A stretch of DNA of 64,000 nt from an uncultured Acidimicrobiia bacterium (GCA_963812375.1 CAWEUW010000007.1:225856-289855), one strand, 5' to 3'. Counted from the stretch's first letter, positions 9,929 to 21,269 are shown. Program-made: numbers and translations. Notes: generated from the letters alone by a model not told the origin.

Positions 9929-12018
9929 ATGAGCGCATCGGAGACACCGGACGTGGTCGTCGAGCTGCTGGAGCGCTCCAACCGTCTCGGCGCCGACCGG
10001 CGCAACACCAACTACGGCGGGGGTAACACCTCGGCCAAGGGCGACGGCGACCGACCCGGTCTCCGGCGACGAGGTCGACGTCATGTGGGTGAAGGGCTCC
10101 GGAGGCGACCTGGGCACGCATCGGCCGCGGCGGCCTGGCCGCGCTCCGGCTCGACCGGGTGCGGGCGCTGCGGCACCGGTCTACCGGGGCGTCGACCACG
10201 AGGACGAGATGCATCAGTTGCTCGACTACTGCGGCTTCGGGCCGCCCGGGGCGGCGCCCAGCATCGACACTGTCCATGCACGGGCTGCTCGACACCGCAT
10301 CACGTCGACCATCTCCACCCCGACTCGGTGATCGCCCTGGCGGCGGCCGCGGACGGTGAGGAGCTGACCAAGCAGTGCTTCGGCGACGAGGTCGCCTGGG
10401 TGCCGTGGCGTCGACCCGGCTTCGAGCTGGCCCTCGAGATCGACGCGCTGCGCGACGTACCAGCCCGACCTGCAGCGGCGTGGTCCTGGGCGGTCACGGG
10501 TCTGACGACCTGGGGCGAGACCTCCGAGGCGTGCGAGGAGAACGACGCTCGGGATCATCCACCGAGCCAGCCGAGTTCATGGGGACACGAAGGCCGCCCC
10601 GATCCGTCTCGGGACCGGTCCGCGCCGGCTTCGAGCCGCTTGCCGCCCGAGGAGCGACGGCGGCACGCCGCCAGCTCGGCGCCGGTGCATCCGCGGCATG
10701 GCGGCACCGAAGTCCGCCGTCGTCGGCCGTTGGTTCGCAGGACGATCTCGTGCTCGACTTCATCGGCGCGGGAGGCGGCGCCGCGGGTGGTGCCGCTGGG
10801 CACCTCGTGCCCCGACCACTTCATCCGCACCAAGGTGCGCCCGCTGCTGCTCGACCTGCCGCCGACCGCGCCGATCGACGCAGCAGATCGACCGGCTCCG
10901 TGAGCTGCACGCCGAGTACCGCGACCGAGTACGAGGCGTACTACCGGCGCCATGCCGACGAGACGACCCCGCCCATGCGAGGGGCCGACCCGGCGATCTT
11001 CCTCATCCCCGGCGTGGGGATGTTCAGCTTCGGTGCCGACTCGGCCACCGCCCGCATCGCCGGCGAGTTCTACATCAACGCCATCAACGTCATCCGAGGG
11101 GCCGAGTCGGTCTCCACCTACGCCCGGTGCCCGAGGCGGAGAAGTTCCGTGTCGAGTACTGGATGCTGGAGGAGATGAAGCTGCGGCGGCGCCCGGCGCC
11201 CAAGCCGCTGACCGGCAAGGTGGCGCTGGTCACCGGCGGCGGCTCGGGCATCGGGCGGGCCATCGCCCACGGGCTGCGGGCCGCCGGTGCGGTCGTGGTG
11301 GCGATCGATCGCAACCTGAGGCGGCGCAGGCAGACCGCCACCGAGATCGGCTCGGCGGACGACGCCGATGGCCGTCGAGGCGGATGTCACCGACGAGGAA
11401 GCGGTCGGGGCGCCGTCGAACGCGGCGACGCTCCGCGTACGGCGGCATCGACATCGTGATCAACAACGCCGGTTTGTCGCTGTCGAAGGGCCTTCTGGAG
11501 ACCACCGAGGACGACTGGGACCTCCAGCACGACGTGATGGCCAAGGGGTCGTTCCTCGTGTCCAAGCACGCCGCGGCGGCGATGATCGCCCAGGGTACGG
11601 GTGGCGACATCATCTACGTGGTGAGCAAGAACGCCGTGGTCGCCGGGCCCAACAACCTCGCCTACGGGTCGGCCAAGGCGAGCCAGGCCCATCAGGTCCG
11701 GCTGCTCGCCGCCGAGCTCGGCGAGCACGGGATCCGGGTGAACGGGATCAACCCCGACGGGGTGGTCCAGGGCTCGGGGATCTTCGCCGGGGGTTGGGGG
11801 GCCGACCGGGCCAAGGTGTACGGGGTTCCCGAGGAGGAGCTCGGCGCGCTTCTACGCCGACCGCACCCTGCTCAAGCAGGAAGTCTGCCCGAGCACGTCG
11901 CCGACGCCGCGCTCGCCCTGGTCGGCGGGCGTCGCTCGGCCAGACCACAGGGCTGATCATCCCGGTGGACAGCGGCGTCGCTGCGGCATTCCTCACGGTC
12001 CGAGGAGGCGTCCCATGA
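9929..12018 (+). pseudogene. rhaD: bifunctional rhamnulose-1-phosphate aldolase / short-chain alcohol dehydrogenase, many frameshifts
   Basis: GGGAGG SD + ATG 9929. Fragments across three frames: MSASETPDVVVELLERSNRLGADRRNTNYGGGNTSAKG, VMWVKGSGGDLGT, LDRVRAL, VDHEDEMHQLLDYCGFGPPGAAPSIDT, VDHLHPDSVIALAAAADGEELTKQCFGDEVAWVPWRRPGFELALEIDAL, TSEACEEN. Later FRVEYWMLEEMKLRRRPAPKPLTGKVALVTGGGSGIGRAIAHGL (SDR Rossmann) and ...NAGLSLSKGLLETTEDDWDLQHDVMAKGSFLVSKHAAAAMIAQGTGGDIIYVVSKNAVVAGPNNLAYGSAKASQAHQVRLLAAELGEHGIRVNGINPDGV. The stop overlaps the rhaI ATG. Confidence 0.7.
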
Positions 12019-13275
12019 TCGATCCGGGACGCATCGCCGAACTGAACGCAGCGCATCGAGGCGACGCTCTCGCGCGCGACGTCGGGCACCTCGCCGATGA
12101 GCCTCGACCGCGGCGGGTCCGGTGACCGCCGAGCGCGTCGATCGATGCGCTTGGCGAGTTCTCGGTGGCGGCTCCGTCGTGGGCGGTCGGCACCGGTGGC
12201 ACCCGGTTCGGGCGATTCCCCGGCGGGCGGCGAGCCGCGCACCACCGAGGAGAAGATCGACGACGTGGCCGCGCTCGACGCGCTCACCGCCGAGCAACCG
12301 GGCGATCTCGCTCCACGTCCCCTGGGACGACCCCGAGCCGATCCCGACGGGCTCCGCCAATACGCCGAGGAGCGGTCGATCGGGTTCGACGCGATGAACT
12401 CGAACACCTTCCAGGACAACCCGTCCACCACCGGCGACGGCGCCCTCTCGTACAAGTTCGGCAGCCTGGCCAACGCCGACCCGGCGGTGCGGGAGGTCGG
12501 CGGTCGAGCACAACCGACACGTGATCGACCTCGGGCGTGCGACTCGGGTCGGAGGCGCTCACGGTGTGGCTGGCCGACGGGATCAACCATCCCGGGCAGG
12601 CCGATCACCGCACCCAGTTCGAGCGGGTCGCCGACGGGCTCGCAGGCGATCCACGACCATCTCCCCGACGGACTGGCAGATGTACACCGAGCACAAGCCG
12701 TACGAGCCCGCCTTCTACGCCACGGTCAACCACGACTGGGGGTCGTCGCTGCTGCTGGCGCAGGCGGCCGGTGCCAAGGGCGTCTTGCCTCGTCGACCTC
12801 GGGCACCACCTCCCCAACGCCAACATCGAGCAGATCGTCAGCCGGCTCGCCATGGTCGGCCGGCTCGGCGGGTTCCACTTCAACGACTCCAAGTACGGCG
12901 ACGACGACCTCACCACCGGGTCGATCAGGCCGTTCCAGCTCTTCCTGATCTTCTGCGAGCTGATCCGGGCCGGGGAGGGGCGGCTGCCCGGCGCTCGCCT
13001 ACATGATCGACCAGAGCCACAACATCAAGGACCCGCTCGAGGACCTCATCCAGTCGACCGAGGCGGTGGTCATCGCCTACGCCCAGGCGATGCTGGTCGA
13101 CCGGGCCGCGCTGGCCGAGGCCCAGGAGGACAACGACGCCGCCCGGGCCCAGGAGGTCCTCCAGGATGCGTTCCGAACCGACGTCCGCCCGCTGGTCGCC
13201 GAGGCGCGCCGGCGCGCAGGGGGCGCCATCGCCCCGCTCCAGGCCTACCGGGCCGTGGGCTACCGCCGGCGATGA
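12015..13275 (+). pseudogene. rhaI: L-rhamnose isomerase (actinobacterial RhaI type), multiple frameshifts
   Basis: Fragments PSWAVGTGGTRFGRFPG, EEKIDDVAALDALT, IGFDAMNSNTFQDNPSTTGDGALSYKFGSLANADPAVREVGG, LTVWLADGINHPGQADHRTQFERVADGLA, NANIEQIVSRLAMVGRLGGFHFNDSKYGDDDLTTGSIRPFQLFLIFCELIRAGEG, MIDQSHNIKDPLEDLIQSTEAVVIAYAQAMLVDRAALAEAQEDNDAARAQEVLQDAFRTDVRPLVAEARRRAGGAIAPLQAYRAVGYRRR* are spread over three frames. Confidence 0.7.
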
Positions 13276-13312
13276 TCGAGGAGCGCGGGCTGGCATCGGT
13301 GGCGACCGGGCT

Positions 13313-14711
13313 GTGACCGACGCCGGCCGGGTCCTCGCCGTCGATCTCGGGGCGACCTCGGTGCGGGTCGCCGCCGTCGATCTCGCCGCCGACCAGCCGG
13401 CGGTCGAGGTGGTGCACCGCTGGCCGCACACGCCGCGTCGCGGGTCCGGATGGGGCGCTGCGCTGGCGACTGGGACCGGATCGTCGCCGAGGTGGAGGAC
13501 GGGCTCGAGAGCGGCGATGGCGAGTCGGGTCCGGTGGCGTCGATCGGAGTCGACGGCTGGGGGGTCGACTACGGGCTGCTCGACGCCGACCGGAAGCTGG
13601 TGGCGCCGCCCTTCTCGTACCGCGATCCGCGGACCGCCGGATGGGGCCGGACCGCCGACGCCATCGGGCCGAGCGGCTCTATCGAGATCACCGGCATCCA
13701 GATGATGGGGATCAACACCATCTTCCAGCTCGCCGCCCATGACCGAGGCCGAGCTGGAGCGGGCCGACCGGCTGCTCCTCCTCCCCGACCTCCTCGTCGC
13801 ATCATCTCACCGGCTTCGAGGGAGCCGAGGCGGTCGAACGCATCCACCACCGGCCTGCTCGACGCCGCAGCCGGCGCATGGTCAACCGAGCTGGTCGACC
13901 GCTCTGTCGCTGCCACCGACGCTGCTCCCGGAGGTCGTCGCCGCCGGGCCGGCCGTCGGCACCTGGCGGGGTGTCCCGGTGCACCTCGTCGGCAGCCACG
14001 ACACCGCCTCGGCGTTCCTCGGCATGCCCGGTGGCAGGGAGCCCGGGACCGTCTTCGTGTCCGCCGGTACCTGGGTGATCGTCGGCGTCGAGCGACCCGC
14101 CGCCGACACGTCGCCGGCGGCCCGGGCGGCCAACTTCTCCAACGAAGCCGGCGCCCTCGGAGGCGTCCGGTTCCTGAGGAACGTGATGGGGTTCTGGATG
14201 CTGGAGCGGTGCCGGTCCGCCTGGGGCGACCCCACCGATCGAGGAACTGGTGGAGGAGGCGACAATGGTCGACGAGCCGGTGCCCGAGTTCGACGCCGGC
14301 GACGACCGCTTCCTCTCCCCTGCCGACATGGAGAGCGAGATCAGGATCCGCCGCCGGGCTCGGCGACGACGCACCCCGGCCCGTGGTCGTCCGCTCCGTG
14401 CTCCAGTCGATCGCCGCCGGCACCGCCGGCGTGGTCGACGACCTGACCGCGGTGACCGGCGAAGCACCGCGGCGGCTGGCTCTCGTCGGCGGCGGCGCCC
14501 GGGTCGGGCTGCTCCGGGACCTCCTCGCCGAGCGGACCGGGCTCGAGGTCATCGCCGGCTCGACCGAGGCGACCGCCCTGGGCAATGCCGTGGTCCAGGG
14601 CATCGCCCTCGGCCGGTTCGACGGGCTGCCGGCCGCCCGGACCGTGGCTGGAGCCCACCGGAAGGCCGGCCATGAACGGACAAACGGCCCCGCCGAGGCG
14701 GTGTCATGGCT
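13313..14711 (+). pseudogene. rhaB: rhamnulokinase (FGGY family), multiple frameshifts
   Basis: GTG 13313 VTDAGRVLAVDLGATSVRVAAVDLAADQPAVEVVHRWPHTP. Later VASIGVDGWGVDYGLLDADRKLVAPPFSYRDPRTA, EITGIQMMGINTIFQLAAHD and the C-terminus VVRSVLQSIAAGTAGVVDDLTAVTGEAPRRLALVGGGARVGLLRDLLAERTGLEVIAGSTEATALGNAVVQGIALG lie in different frames. The end is approximate. Confidence 0.65.
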
Positions 14712-15465
14712 GACCGCGTGTTCCACAGCCCCGAGGAGCGCCTCACCGAGGTCCGCAACCTGATCGCCGGGCGCGGTGCCGTCCGCATCGACGAGCTGGC
14801 CCGCGACTTCGGGGTGAGCGAGATGACCATCCGGCGCGACCTGGACGAGCTGGAGGCGCTGGGGCTCGCCCGCCGAGTACGCGGTGGCGCCATCGCCGTC
14901 GGGCCCGAGCCGTTCGCCCAGCGGCACCGGCACAACGCCAGGGCCAAGGTGCGCATCGCCGAGAAGCTGCTCCCGCTGATCCCGGTGAGCGGGACGGTGG
15001 CGTTCGACGCCTCGACCACCGTCTACCGCCTCGCCGCCTCGTTGGAGACCGCCCGCGACCTGGTCGTGGTCACCAACGGGCTCGACTCGTTCCACTCGCT
15101 GATCGCCAAGCCGGGGATCACCGCAACGCTGACCGGGGGATCGCAGGAGCCCCGTACCGGGAGCCTGGTCGGGCCGATGGCGGTGCGGGCCGCCCAGGGG
15201 TTCCTCTATGACGCTCTGGTGTGCTCGGCGGCCGCGCTCGACGCCGACGCTGGGGTCATCGGAGGCGAGCCTGGCGGAGTCGGAGGTGAAGCGCGCCTTC
15301 AGCGCCGGCAGCGCCCGCATCATCCTGGCCGTCGACCACAGCAAGCTGGGGACGAGGGCCCCGGCCCGCATGTTCGAGCTCGAAGCCGTCGACCACCTCG
15401 TCACCGACCTCGACCCGGACGACCGGCGCCTCGACGCCTACCGATCGGCGGTGAGGCTCATCTGA
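14706..15465 (+). CDS. rhaR: DeoR-family transcriptional regulator of the rhamnose locus; one frameshift ~15270
   Basis: MADRVFHSPEERLTEVRNLIAGRGAVRIDELARDFGVSEMTIRRDLDELEALGLARRVRGGA (DeoR HTH) plus sugar-binding DeoR_C region. The C-terminus ...EASLAESEVKRAFSAGSARIILAVDHSKLGTRAPARMFELEAVDHLVTDLDPDDRRLDAYRSAVRLI* is in frame +1. Confidence 0.7.
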
Positions 15466-15511
15466 CCCATCGGCCCACCCCCGGGCTCCGCCAGCATCCA
15501 GAAAGGGGAAC

Positions 15512-15845
15512 CGTGAACCGCATCGGGTTCGTGCTCAAGGTGAAACAGGACCTGATCGACGAGTACCGCCGCCGCCACGCCGAGGTCTGGCCGGAGATGC
15601 TCCACGCCCTGTCCGAGTCCGGCTGGCAGAACTACTCGCTCTTCCTGTGCCCCGACGGCACGCTGTTCGGCTATTTCGAGACACCGGGCTCATTCGCCGA
15701 AGCTCTCGACGCCATGGCGAGCCGTGAGGTCAACGACCGCTGGCAACAGGAGATGGCGCCGTTCTTCGAGACCGTCGGGGGCGACACCTCCCAGATGGCC
15801 GACCGGATGATGGGGCAACTCGAAGAGGTGTTCCATCTCGAGTGA
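15512..15845 (+). CDS. rhaM: L-rhamnose mutarotase
   Basis: SD aaagggga + GTG. VNRIGFVLKVKQDLIDEYRRRHAEVWPEMLHALSESGWQNYSLFLCPDGTLFGYFETPGSFAEALDAMASREVNDRWQQEMAPFFE... has typical RhaM length and sequence. It is the only rhamnose-locus gene without a frame break. Confidence 0.8.
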
Positions 15846-15884
15846 GTCGACAGTCTCTGCGGCGTCCCTCTCCCGGCCGGGATC

Positions 15885-17295
15885 TCAGGTCACGATGGCG
15901 CCGGGCAGGGTCACCACGAACCGGGCTCCGCCGCCGGGGGTGTTGGAGGCGGTAACGGTGCCACCGTGGGCGGCGACGATCGCCTGGACGATCGCCAGCC
16001 CCAGGCCGCTGCCCCCCGATCGGCGGGAGCGCGACCGGTCGGCCCGGTAGAACCGTTCGAAGACGTGGGGCAGGGCGTCCACCGGGATACCGGGGCCGTC
16101 GTCGGAGACGACGAGTTGCGCCGTTGCCGACGTGGGGTCGGCGTCGACGTCGACCTCGACCTCGGTGCCCGGCGGTGTGTGGACCCTGCACATTGGCCAG
16201 CAGGTTGGCCACCACCTGGTGGAGGCGCTGCGGGTCGGCCACGACGACCGGACGCCGGTCTGCCGGGGCGTGCACGGTCACCGGTCGGGTGGGGTCGGTG
16301 ACCCGATGATCCGCGGCGGCCTCGTTCGGCAAACGGCCACGCAGGTCGACATGGAAACCGGTCGGAGGGGCTCGGTGCGGCCGAGCCGGGCGAGGGTGAG
16401 GAGATCCTGCACCAGGCGACCCATCCGGCCGCTCTCGCTCTCGATCCGGTCCCAGGCCTTGGCTCTCGTCGTCGGTCGACTGCAGGCCGCCGCGTGCGGT
16501 GCAGCTCGGCGTAGCCTGTGATGGTCGCCAGCGGGGTCCGCAGCTCGTGGGAGGCGTCGGCGACGAAGCGGCGCAGCCGCTCCTGGCCCTCTCGCTCGGT
16601 GTCGAACGCCTCCTCGATGTGGACCAGCATCTGGTTGAGAGCGCCACCGAGCCGGCCCAGCTCGGTGTCCTGGTCGAGCGCGGGAACCCGTTGTCCCAGG
16701 TCGCCGGCGGCGATGGCGGTCGCCGTGTCGACCATCTCGTCAACCGGCCGCATCGCCCGTCGCACCGTCCACCAGGTGGCGGCGGCGCCGATGAGCAGGA
16801 TCACGGCCGCCGGCGAGCAGCAGCGTCTGGACCAGCGAGTCGGTAGCAGTGGCGACACCGCCAGCGGAGCGGCGTGGACCAGCACCGAGCCGTCTGCCAG
16901 CGACTCCACGTATCCCCGGTAATCGAGGTCGCCGTCGACGCTGGCGAGGTCGACCATGCCCTCGTCCCCGGCGAGCCCGGAGACGTCGGGGAGCGGGTCG
17001 GGATCGTCGGCGAACCCGGACGGCTTGGCCCAGGCGACAGTCACCGTCGCCGGTCACCGCCACCTCGGCGAACGGCCTGAGGAACGGCTCGTCCTCCGAG
17101 CCGGGGCCGGGCCCGAAGCCGGGGTCGCCGGGGCCTTCCGGCCCGGGGCCCCGGTCGGCGAAGCTGAGCAGGGACTGCTCGGCCTGAGCCACGAGGATCG
17201 ACCTGATCGGAGCGGGAGGCGACCAGGCCAACGGCGGCGATGACCGCCACCAGCAGCAGGGTGAACGAGATGACCAGCTTGGTGCGCAGCGCCAT
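15885..17295 (-). pseudogene. two-component sensor histidine kinase (TM-HAMP-HisKA-HATPase_c), at least 3 frameshifts
   Basis: The ATG at 17295 overlaps the regulator stop (TGATG). [29 protein letters not shown]..., HAMP/HisKA ...RRFVADASHELRTPLATITGYAELH..., and ATPase end ...DDGPGIPVDALPHVFERFYRADRSRSRRSGGSGLGLAIVQAIVAAHGGTVTASNTPGGGARFVVTLP* sit in three different frames. Confidence 0.7.
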
Positions 17296-18002
17296 CAGCC
17301 TGTGGCGCGGCGGACGACGTAGCCGACACGCCCGCACCGTCTGGATGAGCGACCCGTCGTCGTCACCCAGCTTCTTGCGCAGGTAGGAGATGTAGGTCTC
17401 GACCATGCCGTAGTTGCCGTCGAAGTCGTACTCCCAGACGTGGTCGACGATCTGCGCCCTTGGACATCACCTTCCCCGGTTGATGCATCAGGAACCGGAG
17501 CAGCCGGAACTCGGTCGGGCGAGAGCTCGACCTCGCTACCGTCGCGGGTGACCTGGTGGGCGTCCTCGTCGAGGGTCACGTCGCCGACGGTGATCCGGGC
17601 CGACGGTGCTCGTCGCCCTTGCGACCGTCGCAGCAGCGCCTCGATGCGCAGACCCAGCTCCTCGAGGCTGAACGGCTTGGTCAGGTAGTCGTCGCCGCCC
17701 TGGCGGAACCGGTGCGGAGGTCGTCGATGTCGTCGCGGGCGGTGAGGAAGATGACCGGGGTCTGGATGCCGTCGCGGCGGATGCGGCGGCACACCTCGAA
17801 GCCGTCGAGCTCGGGCATGTTGACGTCGAGCACGACCAGGTCGGGCGGGTCCGATCTGGATCCGCCGCAGGGCGTCGTAGCCGTTGCCCTCGGTGTGCGC
17901 CTCGTAGCCGGCGAACCGGAGGGCGCTGGCCACCAGGTCGGCCAGGCCTTCCTCGTCGTCGACGACCAGGATCGAGGCTCGGGGTTCTTGGCGATCGTTC
18001 AT
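17295..18002 (-). CDS. OmpR/PhoB-family response regulator; frameshifts in the receiver domain
   Basis: [48 protein letters not shown].... In a second frame [23 protein letters not shown]. Then [25 protein letters not shown]...[22 protein letters not shown] and C-terminus [36 protein letters not shown] across frames. Confidence 0.7.
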   Translation of the reverse strand: MNDRQEPRASILVVDDEEGLADLVASALRFAGYEAHTEGNGYDALRRIQIGPARPGRARRQHARARRLRGVPPHPPRRHPDPGHLPHRPRRHRRPPHRFRQGGDDYLTKPFSLEELGLRIEALLRRSQGRRAPSARITVGDVTLDEDAHQVTRDGSEVELSPDRVPAAPVPDASTGEGDVQGRRSSTTSGSTTSTATTAWSRPTSPTCARSWVTTTGRSSRRCGRVGYVVRRATG

Positions 18003-18130
18003 CTGCCGAGCAGCGTAGGTCGCCAACCTGGGAGCTCCCTGTGAGCCCGCTGCGGCCCGTGGAGGGGACCATTCTCGCACAGGCCGCGCAGACCATCGAG
18101 TCTGCCGAAGGCCGCCGAGCATCGAAACAG

Positions 18131-18162
18131 GAGACGGGCCCGGATCGCTCCAGGCCCGTCTC
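18131..18162 (-). terminator. stem-loop (10-bp perfect stem GAGACGGGCC/GGCCCGTCTC) downstream of gene 18198..18503 and upstream of the response-regulator gene
   Basis: gagacgggcc cggatcgctcca ggcccgtctc. On the minus strand it is followed by ctgtttcg. A second small hairpin agccggctatgccggct sits immediately after the stop at 18198. Confidence 0.4.
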
Positions 18163-18197
18163 TCCTCCTTGTTGGTCGATAGCCGGCATAGCCGGCT

Positions 18198-18503
18198 TCA
18201 GACGTCGGTGCTGGACTCCTCTCCGGTCGTTCCCTGGTCGTCGGTGCCGTCGTCGGCGCCGTCCCGATCACAGTCAGGGCCACCCGATCGATCTTCCTGA
18301 CCGTCCTGGTCGGTGTCACCCGTGGTGTCGTCGGGGGCGACCGTCGCCTCGGTCGTGTCGCCCGGGGCCTCGACCACCGTGGTCGTCGTGTCCTCCTGGG
18401 CGGGCGCCGCCGCGGTGCCCAACACCGTGGTGACGCCCAGGGCGGTGGCGAGCGCTCCCGCCACCGCCCAGGGCTTCACCGATCGCTTCTTCTCGTCCGG
18501 CAT
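18198..18503 (-). CDS. small secreted acidic Thr/Asp-rich low-complexity protein, hypothetical
   Basis: Strong SD gaggagg 7 nt before ATG 18503. MPDEKKRSVKPWAVAGALATALGVTTVLGTAAAPAQ signal peptide, then EDTTTTVVEAPGDTTEATVAPDDTTGDTDQDGQEDRSGGPDCDRDGADDGTDDQGTTGEESSTDV. Confidence 0.5.
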   Translation of the reverse strand: MPDEKKRSVKPWAVAGALATALGVTTVLGTAAAPAQEDTTTTVVEAPGDTTEATVAPDDTTGDTDQDGQEDRSGGPDCDRDGADDGTDDQGTTGEESSTDV

Positions 18504-18663
18504 CGGGACCTCCTCGTGTAGCGGATGCCTGACCATCAGGATCGGGCGCCCACCTCCGAGAATCCTCACAACCGTCGTACAACTCCATCAGAGGCCGGCC
18601 CGGACGCGCAACGAGCGGGTACCATGAAGGCCCGCTCGTCGGATGCCGGAACTCAGGATCAGG

Positions 18664-19441
18664 TCATCGGGACAGCCACAGCTGCACCTCGAGGACACCG
18701 TGATCCTCCACCGCCAGCACCATCGGTGCGGTGGGGATCGAGACGTCGTAGTCGGCGAAGACGATGTCGGTGGAGCCGACCACCAGGATCATCCCGTCGA
18801 CCAGCTGTGCCTCCAACGGGATCTCGACCTGGTTGGTGACACCGTTGATGGTCAACTCCCCGGTGGCGGTCACCGGTCACGGTCTCACCGTCGGCGGCGG
18901 CTTCGCCGAAGTCGATCGGCTCGGTGAGCACGAAGGTCGCCTCGGGGTTGGCGTCGGTGCCGAGGGCTTCCTGGATACGGCTGTCACGGCGGGACTCGTC
19001 GCTGACGATGGCGGTGAGGTCGACCGTGTAGTCGGCCGACGTCAACGTGGTCCCCTCGATGACCATGCTCCCGGCGACGCCGGGGGTGCGACCGACGGCG
19101 GTGGCGGAACCGATGGTGGCCAGCTCCTCCTCGATGCGGAAGCCGACGAACGTCGCCGTGGTGTTCTCGGTGACCGAGAACTCGCCGACCGAGGTGTCCA
19201 CGGTCCAGGTTCCTTCGATGCCCTCGGCGGTCGCCGCCGGGGCCTCGCCGGCGGAAGTCGGCGACACCGTCACCGCGGCAGCTGTCTCGCCGAGGTCGGC
19301 CTGGTCGGGGGCGTCACCGCTGAAGAACCACACAACCGCGGCCACGGCGGCGGCGATCAGCACACCGCCACCCAGGGCGATCCACCTCCACGGCCGCCGC
19401 CGGGTGGACGTCGGTGCCGGCTCTGTCTCCGTGTCGAGCAT
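18664..19441 (-). CDS. YceI-like (polyisoprenoid-binding) protein with N-terminal TM anchor; frameshift ~18870
   Basis: ...WRWIALGGGVLIAAAVAAVVWFF (TM), TWTVDTSVGEFSVTENTTATFVGFRIEEEL..., then in another frame ATGELTINGVTNQVEIPLEAQLVDGMILVVGSTDIVFADYDVSIPTAPMVLAVEDHGVLEVQLWLSR* (YceI C-terminal beta-barrel). Confidence 0.65.
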
Positions 19442-19619
19442 GTCGTTCCTCTCATCGTCACAGGATGGTCGATGTCCAGAGCATCTCCGCTACCGCTGGC
19501 CGTTGGCTGCGCAGAGGCTGGGAGTCTCCTGTGGCCTCCCAAAGGCCGGTTCGGTCGGGAGCAGCCGGCGGCGGAGCAGGCCGATACCCTGCGTCCCATG
19601 CCAAGCCGGCTCGACGACG

Positions 19620-20476
19620 TTGGCTGAGATCACCACGCTGGCGGACGCAGTCGCCGAGCTGGTCGGTGACGGCGACACCGTGGCGCTGGAGGGCTTCACC
19701 CATCTGATCCCCCACGCCGCCGGCCATGAGATCATCCGCCAAGGTCTCCGTGACCTGACCCTCTGCCGCCTCACGCCGGATCTCGTCTACGACCAGCTGA
19801 TCGGCGCGGGCTGTGCGGCCAAGGTGGTCTTCTCGTGGGGCGGGAACCCCGGGGTCGGGTCGCTGCACCGGTTTCGGGACGCCGTCGAGCATGGTCACCC
19901 GAGGCCGATCGAGCTCGAGGAGCACAGCCACGCCGGGATGGCCGCCCGCTACAGCGCCGGTGCCTCCGGCCTCCCGTTCGGCGTGCTGCGGGGCTACCTG
20001 GGGACCGATCTGATGGAAGCTACCGCCACGGTGTCCACGGTCGACTGTCCCTTCACCGGTGAGCGGCTGGCGGCGGTGCAGGCATTGCGACCCGATGTCG
20101 CCGTGGTCCACGCCCAGCAGGCCGACCGTGCGGGGAACGTCGCCCTGTGGGGGATCACCGGAGTCCAGCGGGAGGCGGTGCTGGCGGCGAAGCGCTCCAT
20201 CGTCACCGTGGAGGAGGTCGTCGACGAGTTGCGCCCGCACGGGCCCAACCACGTGGTCCTCCCATCCTGGGTGGTGACCGCGGTGGCGGTGGTGCCGGAC
20301 GGATGCCATCCGTCCTACGCCCACGGGTACTCGAGTGCGGGACAACCGCTTCTACCTGGAGTGGGATCACATCTCCGCCGACCGTGACCGGTTCGACGCC
20401 TGGCTCGACCGTCACGTCCTCGGTACGCCCGACCATGCCGGCTACCTGGCCCTGGTCCGGGAGGGGTCGGTTGGCT
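19620..20476 (+). CDS. CoA-transferase subunit A (glutaconate/3-oxoacid CoA-transferase family); frameshift ~20325 near C-terminus
   Basis: LAEITTLADAVAELVGDGDTVALEGFTHLIPHAAGHEII...SWGGNPGVGSLHRFRDAVEHG.... The tail ...DNRFYLEWDHISADRDRFDAWLDRHVLGTPDHAGYLALVREGSVG* is in frame +1. Confidence 0.7.
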
Positions 20477-21241
20477 GAGCCCGTGCGCTACACGCCAGAG
20501 GAGATGATGACGATCACCGCCGCCCGCCATCTCCGCAACGGCGCCGTGTGTTTCGTGGGGATCGGGCTGCCCAGCGAAGCGGCCAACCTGGCCAGGCTCA
20601 CCCACGCCCCCGACCTGGTGCTGGTGTACGAGTCCGGAACCATCGGGAGCCGCCCGGAGGTGCTCCCGCTCTCCATCGGCGACGGCGAGCTCGCCGAGAC
20701 GGCGGTGTCGGTGGTCGGGGTCCCCGAGATCTTCGCCTACTGGCTGCAGGCAGGCCGGGTCGACGTCGGGTTTCTCGGTGCCGCCCAGGTCGACCGCTTC
20801 GCCAACCTCAACACCACCGTCGTCGGCACCTATGCCCATCCCCGGGTGCGGCTCCCCGGCGCCGGAGGCGCTCCCGAGATCGCTTCCTCGGCCGCCGAGG
20901 TGTTGGTGATGGTGCGTCACCAGCCGCGGGTACTGGTCGAGTCGGTGGACTTCGTGACATCGGTGGGCTTCGGGAGGGACGGCAGGAGTCGACCCGCCAC
21001 CGGTGGGGCCGGGCCGAGCGCGGTGATCACCGATCTCGGCGTGCTCCGCCCCGACCCGGAAACCCACGAGCTGACGCTGGGAGCGGTGCACCCCGGTGTC
21101 GCCGTGCCCGAAGTTCTGGCCAGCACCGGCTGGGACCTCGCCGTCGCCTCGGATCTGGAGATCAGCCCGCCGCCCCAGCCAGAAGAGCTGGCCACGTTGC
21201 GCGCCCTCCAGGAGCGCTCCGCCGAGGCCCACCGGCAGTGA
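20471..21241 (+). CDS. CoA-transferase subunit B
   Basis: TTG start overlaps the subunit A stop. LAEPVRYTPEEMMTITAARHLRNGAVCFVGIGLPSEAANLARL...GAAQVDRFANLNTTVVG...HELTLGAVHPGV... intact. Confidence 0.75.
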   Translation: MAEPVRYTPEEMMTITAARHLRNGAVCFVGIGLPSEAANLARLTHAPDLVLVYESGTIGSRPEVLPLSIGDGELAETAVSVVGVPEIFAYWLQAGRVDVGFLGAAQVDRFANLNTTVVGTYAHPRVRLPGAGGAPEIASSAAEVLVMVRHQPRVLVESVDFVTSVGFGRDGRSRPATGGAGPSAVITDLGVLRPDPETHELTLGAVHPGVAVPEVLASTGWDLAVASDLEISPPPQPEELATLRALQERSAEAHRQ

Positions 21242-21269
21242 CCGAAATCGGCAGATGCTCTGCCGGAGC

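Noticed and set aside
17295-18002. Naming the two-component pair mprAB or mtrAB
   Set aside because: The C-terminal effector motif resembles MprA/PrrA-type regulators, but neighbouring genes (pepD, lpqB) are absent and the sequence is frame-broken. The family-level call is retained.
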